Shown: positions 9,982 to 19,734, counted from the stretch's first letter. The stretch: 64,000 nucleotides of DNA from Gemmatimonadota bacterium (GCA_039586795.1 JBDHJS010000025.1:29703-93702), one strand, 5' to 3'. Notes: generated by a model not told the origin, from the sequence alone. Numbers and translations are program-made.

Positions 9982-10452
9982 ATGAACCAGCCACTTCGCG
10001 TCGGCGTCATCGGTAGTGCCACTTGCGACGCGGAGACAGCGGCCGCCGCTCGGCGGGTGGGTGAGCTCATCGCGAAAGCGGGTGCGGTACTGATCTGTGG
10101 CGGACGCGGCGGCGTCATGCAGGCAGCAGCGGAAGGCGCCCGCGACTCCGGAGGCCTGACGGTCGGAATCCTGCCGGGCGAAGATCCGGCTGGCGCCAGT
10201 CCCGGGATCGCGGTGGCGATCCCCACCGGTCTGGGCGAAGCACGGAACGCCGTCGTCGTCAACACATCGGATGCGGTCATCGGCATCGCCGGCGCGTGGG
10301 GTACGTTGTCAGAGGCGGCCTTCTGTCTCAAGAAGGGAGTGCCGCTCATTCTGCTCAGGTCGGAGCTGCCCGACCTACCGGTGCCGTCGGCGGAGACATC
10401 CGAGGAAGCGGTGGAGTGGGCGCTGGGACAGGCGCGAGAGAGGAGAGGATGA
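9982..10452 (+). CDS. TIGR00725/LOG-like Rossmann-fold protein
   Basis: VGVIGS, CGGRGGVM, TVGILP, TGLGEARN, GTLSE. Confidence 0.9.
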   Translation: MNQPLRVGVIGSATCDAETAAAARRVGELIAKAGAVLICGGRGGVMQAAAEGARDSGGLTVGILPGEDPAGASPGIAVAIPTGLGEARNAVVVNTSDAVIGIAGAWGTLSEAAFCLKKGVPLILLRSELPDLPVPSAETSEEAVEWALGQARERRG

Positions 10453-10482
10453 TGCGGCGACACGGATGGGTCGGGGCGTTGG

Positions 10483-12321
10483 ATGGCTGAGCTGGGCGAA
10501 CTCACGCTCTGGGCGGCGCTTCCGCTCTCAGCGTTGGCCGCGGCGCTATCGATAGCGGGTGGCTGGCTGGGCCGCCGCACTCCAGCGATAGTCGGCGGAC
10601 GTGCCGCCGAAGCGACTTCGGCTCTGTTGCTCGTCTCGGTAGCCGGTCTAGGCTACGCGCTCATCATTGTTCTACTGAAGTACGCCTACGTTGCCGCGTA
10701 CACCGGCTTCCAAGATGCGTGGCCGACACGCCTGGCGGCACTGTGGAGCGGACCGGCGGGCGTCGCTCTCTGTCTGACCACGTTGATCATGCTGGCGGCG
10801 GCGATCAGCCATCGACTCGATCGCACGCGATCCGCCGTCGCTCGAACCGGCGTGTTGGCGACTCTCGGGTTCATCGGCTTGCTGGTCGTGGTCAGCCGGG
10901 CGCGGCCGTTTCTGCAACCCGAGGCGCCGGCACTGACCGGGGTCGGGATGCCGTTCCGGATGGCGACTGTCGGGTGGCAGCTGGAGATGTGGATGGCGAT
11001 GCTGACGACGGCGTGCGCCGCGTTTGCGTTCTCCGGCGTCATCGGCGAGCAGCTAGCCGAACGACCCGGCGCGCAGGCGAGCGAACGCGGGGCGGTGCGC
11101 TGGGCGGCGGCGTTCATGAGCCTGGCTCTACTTGCCGCGATCTGGCGCGCCTACTCGGTGACCGGTCGGCTGCTCGATGCGACGGGATTGGGAATGATCG
11201 CCGTTCACCTGCCCGTCCTGTTGCTGGCATTCTCGTACCTCCACGCGCCGGGCGGCCTGGCGGTGCCGCGTTGGGCGGCGCGCTGGCGTCGGGTCCTGGG
11301 TGTCGCGCTCTTTCCCGCATCGCTCGGCGTCGTGGTGGGGCTGCTGTCGGGATTCGGCGGGGTACCGCCGGTGGAGATCTGGGGAGCCGGCCTTGCGGTT
11401 GGGATCATCTCAGGCTCGCTGGCGGGTATCGGCCGGGCGCAACCCGGGGTGGAGTGGTTGCACGGAGTGCCCGGCTTCGGAATCTGGGCCTTTCAAGGCG
11501 CGCTGGCCGCGCTCGCCCTGACGGGAGCTCTGGCGATTCAGCAGCTGGTCGGCGGTGGCTATTGGGCCGACCTGGGCCCGACGGTGATCCTGGTCGTCAT
11601 CGCCGGCGCGTGCGGGTGGGCGGTCTCGCGTTCCGCCGGTGGATGGCGCGTTTGGCCGACCGCCGTCACGTTCAGTGTTCTTTCCGCAGTGCTCATCTAT
11701 TTCATAGCGGGCCGGAACATCGTGTTCGGTCTGGCGTGCGGTCTGGCAGTATCGATGGCGATTGGATTCGCGGCCGATTTGATTCGCGCGCGCGCGGCGC
11801 GACGCGCCCGAGGCAGCATCGACGATGACCAGCGGGACGTCTATGCCTCGCGGGCTCGCCGCCGCTGGTCTTCGGCGATCGCGCATGTCGGGATAGCGTC
11901 GATCGTGCTGGGCTTCTCGGCCGACGGACTCACGCGGACCGCATCAGGATCGATCAGCCCCGGCGACTCCTTGATCGTGCAGACAACGAGCGGCGCGGTG
12001 AGTGCCGTCTACCTCGGCCTCTCTCGTTACCAGACGAACACGATGGACAGGAGAGTAGCCAGCTTCGCATACTATCGGGACGAAGGATCGAGCGAGTTGG
12101 TCGTCGCCTCGCTGAGCCGAGACTTGAGGAGCGGTGAGTCCTTCGGCACGCCCGCGCTCATGCGTGGCGCTTTCCGAGATGTGACTCTCAGCGTCGCTGC
12201 GCTTCGCGGTCCCGAGGACATACTGTGCAGCATCTCCGCTCGACCGCTCTCCAATCTCGTCTGGCTCGGCGGCTTGCTTTTGTTCGTCGCAGTCGTTCTG
12301 GTACGGAGGACGGAGCCATGA
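10483..12321 (+). CDS. Divergent CcmF/NrfE-like polytopic membrane protein
   Basis: MAELG, YVA...RLAALWSG, RPF, AHVG and RPLSNLVWLGGLL align by eye with the CcmF N- and C-termini. The WWD motif is absent. Confidence 0.8.
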   Translation: MAELGELTLWAALPLSALAAALSIAGGWLGRRTPAIVGGRAAEATSALLLVSVAGLGYALIIVLLKYAYVAAYTGFQDAWPTRLAALWSGPAGVALCLTTLIMLAAAISHRLDRTRSAVARTGVLATLGFIGLLVVVSRARPFLQPEAPALTGVGMPFRMATVGWQLEMWMAMLTTACAAFAFSGVIGEQLAERPGAQASERGAVRWAAAFMSLALLAAIWRAYSVTGRLLDATGLGMIAVHLPVLLLAFSYLHAPGGLAVPRWAARWRRVLGVALFPASLGVVVGLLSGFGGVPPVEIWGAGLAVGIISGSLAGIGRAQPGVEWLHGVPGFGIWAFQGALAALALTGALAIQQLVGGGYWADLGPTVILVVIAGACGWAVSRSAGGWRVWPTAVTFSVLSAVLIYFIAGRNIVFGLACGLAVSMAIGFAADLIRARAARRARGSIDDDQRDVYASRARRRWSSAIAHVGIASIVLGFSADGLTRTASGSISPGDSLIVQTTSGAVSAVYLGLSRYQTNTMDRRVASFAYYRDEGSSELVVASLSRDLRSGESFGTPALMRGAFRDVTLSVAALRGPEDILCSISARPLSNLVWLGGLLLFVAVVLVRRTEP

Positions 12322-12551
12322 GTGCGTTGGCAGCGGTGGTCCTCGGTGTGCTGGGGATCGGCTACGCCGTATGGCCGGCCTTGCAGGCCCGAGGGAAGGG
12401 GCCGCTCCCGGATGAGTTTCCAGAAGACGGATACGCGGAGAGCGATGCCGACCGAGAAGGTGAGGTGTTGCGGAGGTGGTCGGTCGAGGCAGGCGAACTG
12501 GAAGATGACGAGTCCCCCCCGGCAGCGGACCCGGCGGAAGGAGACCTATAG
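12318..12551 (+). CDS. Small single-TM protein resembling the CcmI N-terminal segment
   Basis: ATGA overlap with the ccmF-like stop; TM helix ending in WP, then an acidic region with VLRRWSVEAGEL. Confidence 0.6.
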   Translation: MSALAAVVLGVLGIGYAVWPALQARGKGPLPDEFPEDGYAESDADREGEVLRRWSVEAGELEDDESPPAADPAEGDL

Positions 12552-13611
12552 ATGAACATCCCGCTTCTCGACCTGAGGCGGCAGAACGAACCGATCGCCG
12601 AAGAACTGATGGAGGCCGTGGGCCGGGTCGCCTCGTCGCAGGGCTTCGTGCTGGGAGCGACGGTGGCCGAGTTCGAGGAGGCGGTTGCCGAGTACACCGG
12701 GGCGACGCACGCCATAGGTGTGGCCAGTGGGACCGACGCCCTTTACCTGTCGCTGCGAGCGTTGGATCTGGCGCCGGGCGATGAGGTCATCACGTCTCCG
12801 TTCACGTTCTTCGCTACCGCGGGCGCGGTGGAGAATGTGGGCGGTCAACTCGTGTTCGCCGATATCGAGCCGGGCACGTTTAACATCGATCCGGCAGCCG
12901 TTGCCGACGCCATCACCGACCGGACACGCGCCATCATCCCGGTGCACCTGTTCGGGCAGATGGCGGAGATGCAGCCCGTCATGGATGTGGCGCGGGAGAG
13001 AGGGATAGCGGTGATCGAAGATGCCGCCCAGTCGATCGGCGCCAAGGCGGCCTTCGATGGTGGTTGGGGCTCGGCAGGCGCCGTCGGGACGTTGAGTTGC
13101 TTCTCCTTCTATCCCACCAAGAACCTGGCGGGTTGGGGCGATGGCGGGATGATCACGACGAACGACTCTGCCCTCGCCGATCGGTTGCGCCGGCTTCGCG
13201 TGCACGGCGAAAATTACGCTAGCGGCCGCTACGTTCACGAAGAAGTCGGGATCAACTCCAGGCTCGACGCGATTCAGGCGGCGGTCCTCCACGTGAAGCT
13301 CCGCCACCTGCCCGGCTGGACCGAGATGCGACGAGCCCGGGCCGCCTACTATGATAAAGAGTTCGATCCGGGCGCAGCGGCGGGATGAACTGAAGGCCCA
13401 TCTCGGTGAGCAGGGGATCGGCAGCGGGATCTACTACCCGCTGCCGCTGCATCTGCAGCCCTGCTTTGAGCACCTGGGCTACGGAGAAGGCGACTTCCCC
13501 GAGGCGGAGCGGGCGTCGGCGGAGGTATTGAGCCTGCCGGTGTTTCCGGAGTTGCGGTCCGAGGAGCAAGGAAGCGTAAGATCAGCAATAGAAACGTTTT
13601 ACGGCTCTTGA
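12552..13611 (+). pseudogene. DegT/DnrJ/EryC1/StrS aminotransferase split by a frameshift/deletion
   Basis: SGTDAL, PVHLFGQ, EDAAQ, SFYPTKNL, NSRLD in ORF 12552-13388. The C-terminal RRDELKAHL...YYPLPLHLQ...LSLP lies in another frame (to 13611). Junction near 13361-13370. Confidence 0.85.
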
Positions 13612-13622
13612 GCCGCCGGGGC

Positions 13623-13651
13623 TTGACCCCGAACAAGACCCGAAGTACTTT
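13623..13651 (+). promoter_or_regulatory. Putative sigma70 promoter for ltaE (possibly also recA)
   Basis: TTGACC-17 nt-TACTTT. Confidence 0.55.
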
Positions 13652-13714
13652 GGTCTCTGTCACCCGTGAGCAAGGCGCCGGAGCCGCGACCGGTACCGCT
13701 TCACTCAAACCGAC

Positions 13715-14749
13715 ATGACAACAGATATCGTTGATCTCCGCAGCGACACGGTCACGCGCCCATCGCCGGACATGAGGCGTGCGATCGCCGAGGCCGAAGT
13801 CGGCGACGACGTTCACGGCGACGACCCGACCGTGAAGCGGCTCCAGGAACGGCTGGCCGAGATGTTGGGGGCGGAGGCGTCGCTCTTCTTTCCCAGCGGA
13901 TCGCAGGCGAACCAGACGGGGATCTTGCTGCACACGCGACCGGGGACGGAAGCGATCTGCGAGGCGAACGCCCACGTCTTGCACTACGAGATGGCGGGCG
14001 CGGCGGCGTGGTCTGGCGTTCAGCTGCGGCCGGTGGTGACGGAGGACGGCGTGCTGACGGCGGATCTGGCCCGTCCATTCGTGCGGCCGGAGAACCCGCA
14101 CCTGATGCGCACATCGCTGCTCTGCGCCGAGAACACGCACAACATGGCGGGCGGCAAGGTGATGCCGTTGGAGACGCTGAGGGGTTTGCGCGAGTTGGCA
14201 GATGAGCAGGGAATGCCGTTGCACCTGGACGGCGCGCGACTGTGGAACGCGGCGGCGGCGACTGGCGTCCCCGCGTCGGAGTTCGCCGCGCTGGCGGACA
14301 CGGTGATGGTCTGCTTCTCGAAGGGGCTGGGCGCGCCGGTGGGATCGGCGTTGGCGGGTACGGCAGAAGCGATAAGCCGGGCGCACGAATGGCGGAAGCG
14401 GTTGGGCGGTGGGATGCGCCAGGTGGGAATCCTTGCGGCGGCGGGCCTGTACGCGTTGGATCACAATCTCCCGCGCATCGCGGAGGATCATAAGCGGGCG
14501 CGGCGGTTGGCGGAGTTCGTGGACGGCCTGGATGGTTTTCGGGTAATCGCGCCGGAGACGAACATCATCATGATCGATGTGAAACGGGACGATCTGACTC
14601 CGGTAGGGGTGGCGAAATCCTTGGAGGAGCGTGGTGTTTGGCTATTGGTTACGGGACCGGATCGGTTGCGGGCGGTGACGCATCTCGATGTGGATGATGA
14701 CGGGATCGAACGGGCGTGTGTCGCGTTTGAGGAAGTAGCGAAGGAGTGA
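13715..14749 (+). CDS. ltaE: Low-specificity L-threonine aldolase
   Basis: DLRSDTVT, VGDDV, ENTHN, HLDGARLWNA, CFSKGLGAPVGS, GGGMRQ. Confidence 0.95.
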   Translation: MTTDIVDLRSDTVTRPSPDMRRAIAEAEVGDDVHGDDPTVKRLQERLAEMLGAEASLFFPSGSQANQTGILLHTRPGTEAICEANAHVLHYEMAGAAAWSGVQLRPVVTEDGVLTADLARPFVRPENPHLMRTSLLCAENTHNMAGGKVMPLETLRGLRELADEQGMPLHLDGARLWNAAAATGVPASEFAALADTVMVCFSKGLGAPVGSALAGTAEAISRAHEWRKRLGGGMRQVGILAAAGLYALDHNLPRIAEDHKRARRLAEFVDGLDGFRVIAPETNIIMIDVKRDDLTPVGVAKSLEERGVWLLVTGPDRLRAVTHLDVDDDGIERACVAFEEVAKE

Positions 14750-14801
14750 AGTTGATAATTCGTTGAGCCGTGTTGGCTAGGGTGGCGCGGACGGGTTGGG
14801 G

Positions 14802-14852
14802 AATGCTCGAAGTTGAAATGGTTAAACGCCCAGCGCCCAATTTCCAAGTTCT
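14802..14852. repeat. Decayed heptamer array upstream of recA
   Basis: AATGCTC...AATGGTT A AACGCCC AGCGCCC AATTTCC AAGTTCT; shares units with the 19820 and 43477 elements. Confidence 0.5.
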
Positions 14853-14864
14853 TCAGGAGGAGAA

Positions 14865-15917
14865 ATGGTTGCAGAGTTGAGTGAAGACAGAAAGAAAGCG
14901 CTGAACGTGGCGATCTCTCTCGTGGAGCGGCAGCACGGGAAGGGCGCGATAATGCGTATGGGCTCCGAGGGCGCCCGGGTGAAGGTTGCAGCGATCCCGA
15001 CGGGCTCGCTGATGCTCGACGCGATGACTGGCATCGGCGGCATCCCACGCGGCCGGGTGACGGAGATCTATGGGCCGGAATCGTCGGGCAAGACGACGCT
15101 CACCCTGCATATCATTGCCAACGCTCAGAAGACCGGCGGCGTGGCGGCCTTCATCGATGCCGAACACGCCCTCGACATCAATTACGCCGAGAAGCTGGGC
15201 GTCGATATCGAGAACCTGCTGGTCTCGCAGCCGGACACGGGCGAGCAGGCGCTGGAGATCGCCGAGGTGCTGGTGCGCAGCGGCGCCGTCGACGTCGTGG
15301 TGATCGACTCGGTAGCGGCCCTGGTGCCGCGAGCGGAGATCGAAGGCGAGATGGGCGCCTCCCACGTCGGTCTGCAGGCGCGCCTCATGTCGCAGGCGCT
15401 GCGCAAAGTGACGGGGGCGATCAACCGCTCGAAGACGGCGGTGGTCTTCACCAACCAGATCCGCGAGAAGATCGGCGTCATGTTCGGCAACCCGGAGACC
15501 CAGCCGGGCGGCCGGGCGCTCAAGTTCTACGCGTCGCTGCGTCTCGACATTCGGAGGATCGCGTCGATCAAGGACGGCAACGATCAGGTCGGGAACCGGA
15601 CTCGCGTCAAAGTCGTGAAGAACAAGTGCGCACCGCCGTTCCGACAGGCCGAGTTCGACATCATGTTCGGCGAGGGGATCTCCCGTGTCGGCGAGCTGGT
15701 CGACATGGCGACGGAGGCGGAGATCATCAAGAAGTCGGGCGCCTGGTTCTCCTACGGCGATCAGCGGATCGGCCAGGGCCGGGAAAACGCCAAGCTGTTC
15801 TTGAAAGAGAACGGTGACCTCGCCGACGAAGTAGAGACGAAAGTGCGCGACGTGATGGGCATCGGCGCGGAGGGTGAGCCGGAGGAGGAGGAGGCGGCCA
15901 CCGCGGAGGAGCAGTAG
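14865..15917 (+). CDS. recA: Recombinase RecA
   Basis: [43 protein letters not shown]. Confidence 0.99.
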   Translation: MVAELSEDRKKALNVAISLVERQHGKGAIMRMGSEGARVKVAAIPTGSLMLDAMTGIGGIPRGRVTEIYGPESSGKTTLTLHIIANAQKTGGVAAFIDAEHALDINYAEKLGVDIENLLVSQPDTGEQALEIAEVLVRSGAVDVVVIDSVAALVPRAEIEGEMGASHVGLQARLMSQALRKVTGAINRSKTAVVFTNQIREKIGVMFGNPETQPGGRALKFYASLRLDIRRIASIKDGNDQVGNRTRVKVVKNKCAPPFRQAEFDIMFGEGISRVGELVDMATEAEIIKKSGAWFSYGDQRIGQGRENAKLFLKENGDLADEVETKVRDVMGIGAEGEPEEEEAATAEEQ

Positions 15918-16022
15918 GGCGTAGACGGTAAGTGGTAGACGGTAAGCGGTAGACGGTAGAACCTACCGGATGCCGCTTACCGTGTTCGTATTACCGTCTA
16001 CCGTCCACCGTCCACCGTCAAC
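15914..16022. repeat. Inverted pair of heptamer tandem arrays
   Basis: 7 units GTAGACG/GTAAGCG-like at 15914-15962, then 7 complementary units CGCTTAC/CGTCTAC/CGTCCAC at 15974-16022. Confidence 0.9.
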
Positions 16023-16033
16023 CGGAGCAACCC

Positions 16034-16540
16034 GTGCTCGAAGGGCAAGGCCCCGCGCCCACCGAAGAAACCACCACCCAGGCCATCGACGCGGCGCTGA
16101 ACTATCTCTCCTACCGGCAGCGCACCGAGTACGAAGTGCGTCGCAAGCTGGTCGATCGCGGGTTCGAGGAGGAGGTCGTCGAGGCCGCGATGCGGCGCCT
16201 CGAGGCTGTGGGATTGGTCGATGACGATGCGTTCATCGCCGCCTACGTCCGGGATCGGGTCGCGCACCGGCCGATGGGCGTGCGGCGCATGGCGCAGGAG
16301 CTATACGCGAAGGGAATCAACCGGGACGCGGCGTTGCCGGTGATCGAGACGGCGATGCAGGAAGAGGGAACGGACGAGATCAGCATGGCGCGGCGAGTAG
16401 CGGAGCGGAAGTGTGCGTCGCTCCGATCGCGACAGGAAGAGATCGCGTTGACGCGGAAACGGCTAAGGGATCACCTGCTGCGTCGTGGGTTCGACCCGCG
16501 GGTCATTCACGGCGTGCTGGACGAGGTGCTGCCGCGGTAA
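16034..16540 (+). CDS. recX: Regulatory protein RecX
   Basis: ALNYLSYRQRTEYEVRRKL, GLVDDDAF, ELYAKGI, LLRRGF; directly downstream of recA. Confidence 0.93.
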   Translation: MLEGQGPAPTEETTTQAIDAALNYLSYRQRTEYEVRRKLVDRGFEEEVVEAAMRRLEAVGLVDDDAFIAAYVRDRVAHRPMGVRRMAQELYAKGINRDAALPVIETAMQEEGTDEISMARRVAERKCASLRSRQEEIALTRKRLRDHLLRRGFDPRVIHGVLDEVLPR

Positions 16541-16556
16541 GCGGAGGAGGCAGAAC

Positions 16557-17072
16557 GTGAGTCGCGTTGGCCAGGGAACAGCGAAAGCGATCGAGCCGGG
16601 AGTGCCGGGCGTTGTGCGCCGGGCGCGGCCCGAGGAGGCCGCGGCGCTGAGCGAGCTTGCCCTGCGATCCAAGGCGCACTGGGGATACGAAGCGAAGTTC
16701 CTGGAGGCGTGTCGAGAAGAGTTGACCGTCAGGCCCGAATCGATCGACGCGGGTCAGGTTTGGGTGCTGGAACACGACGGACGGCTAGTCGCGTTCTACA
16801 CTTTGGTGCGTTGGAACTCCGACATCGAACTGGGCCATCTTTTCGTCGACCCGACGGCGATCGGCGGAGGGGCCGGGCGGGCTCTCTGGGAGGACGCGGT
16901 GGATCGGGCGACGGAGCTCGGATACGACAGACTCCTGATCCAGAGCGATCCCAACGCTGAAGGCTTCTATGTCAGTATGGGCGCGGAGCGTATCGGCGAC
17001 GTGCCGTCCCAGGCTCGAGCCGGTCGTACACTGCCCCTTCTGGTCTATCCGTTGACCGAAGCTGTCGATTGA
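16557..17072 (+). CDS. GNAT family N-acetyltransferase
   Basis: GTG after SD GGAGGAGG; RSKAHWGY, LFVDP..GGGAGRAL, SDPNAEGFY. Confidence 0.88.
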   Translation: MSRVGQGTAKAIEPGVPGVVRRARPEEAAALSELALRSKAHWGYEAKFLEACREELTVRPESIDAGQVWVLEHDGRLVAFYTLVRWNSDIELGHLFVDPTAIGGGAGRALWEDAVDRATELGYDRLLIQSDPNAEGFYVSMGAERIGDVPSQARAGRTLPLLVYPLTEAVD

Positions 17073-17087
17073 CCCATTCATGTTGCT

Positions 17088-17729
17088 ATGAGCTGCAGGT
17101 GTTGTCAGGGAGTGGACGACGTCTTTCGTGGGTCCTACGTGAAGCGCGACTTGCGTAAGTACCACCGCAAGGGTCCGCGAAAAACGACGCATATGTTGCT
17201 TCGGGTCATCAAGGAGCAGGGTGTCGAGGGGGCGTCCGTCCTCGACATCGGTGGCGGGATCGGAACGATCCAGCACGAGCTGCTCCGGGTAGGCGCCAGC
17301 CGAGCGACGGGGGCCGAGGCGGCGATGGAGTTCGTCGAAGTGGTCCAGGAGGAGGCTAGACGCCAGGGCCATGCGGACAAGATCGATGTCCGCTACGGCG
17401 ACTTCGTCGAGATCGTCGACGACATCGAAGAGGCGGACATCGTGACGCTGGACCGCGTGATCTGCTGCTACTCTGATATGGAGTCGTTGGTCAAGCTTTC
17501 GACAAAAAAGGCGCGCCGGGTGTACGGAGTTGTGTATCCACGCGACACCTTCCTGACACGAATCGGAATGATGGTGCTGAACGCGGTCTTCCGCCTGACG
17601 CGAAACCCCTTCCGTGTCTACCGCCATGCCACCGCCGATGTGGAGGCGCTGATCTTCGCGGCTGGCTTTCGACAGACCTACTACAAGACGACCCCCTACT
17701 GGCAGGTGGCAGTCTTCTGCAGGCGGTAG
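17088..17729 (+). CDS. Class I SAM-dependent methyltransferase
   Basis: VLDIGGGIG, GDF, ADIVTLDRVICCY. Confidence 0.88.
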   Translation: MSCRCCQGVDDVFRGSYVKRDLRKYHRKGPRKTTHMLLRVIKEQGVEGASVLDIGGGIGTIQHELLRVGASRATGAEAAMEFVEVVQEEARRQGHADKIDVRYGDFVEIVDDIEEADIVTLDRVICCYSDMESLVKLSTKKARRVYGVVYPRDTFLTRIGMMVLNAVFRLTRNPFRVYRHATADVEALIFAAGFRQTYYKTTPYWQVAVFCRR

Positions 17730-17762
17730 TTCCTCAGAAAGAACGTCTGGAGCGAAGCTGCG

Positions 17763-18953
17763 CTATGGTGGTGTCAGCGGTAGCTTTCGCGTGTCCGCGA
17801 CGGCGGTCCGCTTTGGCAACGAAGGCGCGATGCGCTGGAGGACCTTCTCCGCGGTGGCTCTGTAGGCGGTAAGCTTGCCGCCGTAGATGCTCAGCACACG
17901 CGGCGGCTCGCGACGGTCGGTCGGTTCGGCACGAAGTATGACCTCGCGGGTGCGGTGGAATGCGTGACCTTTCCCGGTGGGCAGAACACGCAACCCGGCG
18001 AACGCATCGATGACGGCCCCTTCACGGTCAGCCTGGTAGCGCGGGAAGTAACGGTTGAGGATGCGGATCAGGTAATTCTTCTCGGACCGCAGCGCGTGCA
18101 CCCGATCGGGGTCGCCGCGGAACCGCGTCTCGGTGGTCCCTACCAACGTCTCGCCGTGCCAGGGCATGACGAATATGGCGCGACCGTCTCGCGGACACTC
18201 GACGTAGTAGATGCCGCGATCGACCTGTCCACGTACGACGATGTGACTTCCCTGGATGAGCTCGATACCCAGCTGCTTGATGCTGGGTTCGATGCGATCG
18301 AGCACACGGTTCACCCAGGGCCCGGCGGCATTGACCATCACGCGAGCCTGGCAGGCCTTTTCGGTCCCGTTCTCCGCGTAGCGAACGATGCAGCCGTCAT
18401 CCGTGAGTGCGGCACCGATGAACTCGGCTGGCATCGCCAGCTCGGCTCCCAGGCGGATTGCCGATTCCATGACTGCACGCGTGAGGAGCGTATCCTCGGT
18501 CTGCGCGTCGTAGTACCGGTATACCGCCTTGAGGTCGTCGGTGAGCAACCCGTCGAGATCGCCCCAGGTCGAGCGCGGCACTCGTCTGAAGCGCACTTGC
18601 TTACGCAGGCGACCCAGAATCGCGTACAGCGAGAGACCGGCGCGAATCAGCAATGGGCCGCGGCGCGTGGCGTCGTAGATCGGGATGAAGAACGGCCTAA
18701 GCGTAACCAGGTCGGGCGCCAGTTCGAGGAGTAGCGCCCGCTCGTCCAGACCCTCCTGAACGAGGGAGAACTCATAGCTCTCCAGGTAGCGGAGACCGCC
18801 GTGGATCAGCTTGCTCGATTTGCTGGACGTGCCCGCGGCCAGTGCGGATTTCTCGATGAGCAGAACGGAGTGGCCGGCGGCGGCAGCGGCCTGGGCGACG
18901 CCGACGCCGTTGATGCCGCCCCCCACGACGACGACGTCGTGGGACTCAGTCAT
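17763..18953 (-). CDS. glpD: FAD-dependent glycerol-3-phosphate dehydrogenase/oxidase (short form)
   Basis: VVGGGINGVG, GTSSKSSKLIHGGLRYLE, VNAAGPW, GSHI, AGLRVL, GGKLTAYR. Confidence 0.9.
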   Translation of the reverse strand: MTESHDVVVVGGGINGVGVAQAAAAAGHSVLLIEKSALAAGTSSKSSKLIHGGLRYLESYEFSLVQEGLDERALLLELAPDLVTLRPFFIPIYDATRRGPLLIRAGLSLYAILGRLRKQVRFRRVPRSTWGDLDGLLTDDLKAVYRYYDAQTEDTLLTRAVMESAIRLGAELAMPAEFIGAALTDDGCIVRYAENGTEKACQARVMVNAAGPWVNRVLDRIEPSIKQLGIELIQGSHIVVRGQVDRGIYYVECPRDGRAIFVMPWHGETLVGTTETRFRGDPDRVHALRSEKNYLIRILNRYFPRYQADREGAVIDAFAGLRVLPTGKGHAFHRTREVILRAEPTDRREPPRVLSIYGGKLTAYRATAEKVLQRIAPSLPKRTAVADTRKLPLTPP

Positions 18954-19734
18954 CGCGCCGGCGGCCGGGCACGAGCCGCCTGTCGCTCAACATCTCGCCG
19001 ATGGCCATCGTCTCCACGAACCTGACGCCGTGAGCCGCCAGGGCGAGTGCGAGCTCGGGGTCGATGATCTCGTAAAGAGCCCAGCGCCAGGCGCCGCTCC
19101 ACAGTTCCTGGTCGTCGGGCACGAGCATGTAGTTGCAGAACAGATACTCGGGCGCGATCGCCTCCGCCGTCTGCTTGACGGTCTCGTTCCATTCCTGAAG
19201 CACCCAGCCGATCGCACTGGCGCCTTTCGCCCGGGCGCGCTTGATCGTCTCGGGGTCGAAGGAGATGACGACGCAGCGATCGTTGGCTGGCTTGAGCGCC
19301 GCCATCACTTTGTCGACGACGAGGTCGACGCCGAAGCGGTGCACACTCTCGACCTTTAGCTCGACGAAGGCGACGATCTTTTCGTTCTCCACGATGAACT
19401 CGACGGCGTCCTCGAGGGTCGGGACGGACGTGCCCTCGAACCGTCCGTGGTGTCGCGAGTCGTCGTTCACCTCGACCTGCCACAGCTGATCGAGCGTCAT
19501 GTCCATTATGACGCGCTCATCCTTTCCCGTACGCCAGAGATCGGAATCGTGGAGCAGCACCGGCGTATGATCGGCGGTCATCTGAACATCGAACTCGACG
19601 TAGCCGGCGCCGGCTTTGACGGCGGCGCGGAGGCTTTCGAGGGTGTTTTCGGGGTAGCGGAGCGCGTAGCCGCGGTGCGCGATGAGGGCGGGAGGGCGGA
19701 CCCTGACATTGGGTGGCATGATGATCTTCTTCAT
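18946..19734 (-). CDS. Glycerophosphodiester phosphodiesterase
   Basis: IAHRG, PENT, VEFDVQ, LLHD, VELK, ISF; overlaps the glpD start. Confidence 0.92.
   Translation of the reverse strand: MKKIIMPPNVRVRPPALIAHRGYALRYPENTLESLRAAVKAGAGYVEFDVQMTADHTPVLLHDSDLWRTGKDERVIMDMTLDQLWQVEVNDDSRHHGRFEGTSVPTLEDAVEFIVENEKIVAFVELKVESVHRFGVDLVVDKVMAALKPANDRCVVISFDPETIKRARAKGASAIGWVLQEWNETVKQTAEAIAPEYLFCNYMLVPDDQELWSGAWRWALYEIIDPELALALAAHGVRFVETMAIGEMLSDRRLVPGRRRDD

Noticed and set aside
4404..14749. Guanitoxin-like cluster (GntH-like hydrolase plus GntG-like aldolase)
   Set aside because: Both belong to broad families, lie 8 kb apart among housekeeping genes, and no other pathway genes are present
15914..16022. 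Possible CRISPR array
   Set aside because: Units are 7 nt with no unique spacers, and there are no cas genes
17088..17729. bchM/chlM implying phototrophy
   Set aside because: Only generic methyltransferase similarity, and no photosynthesis genes nearby
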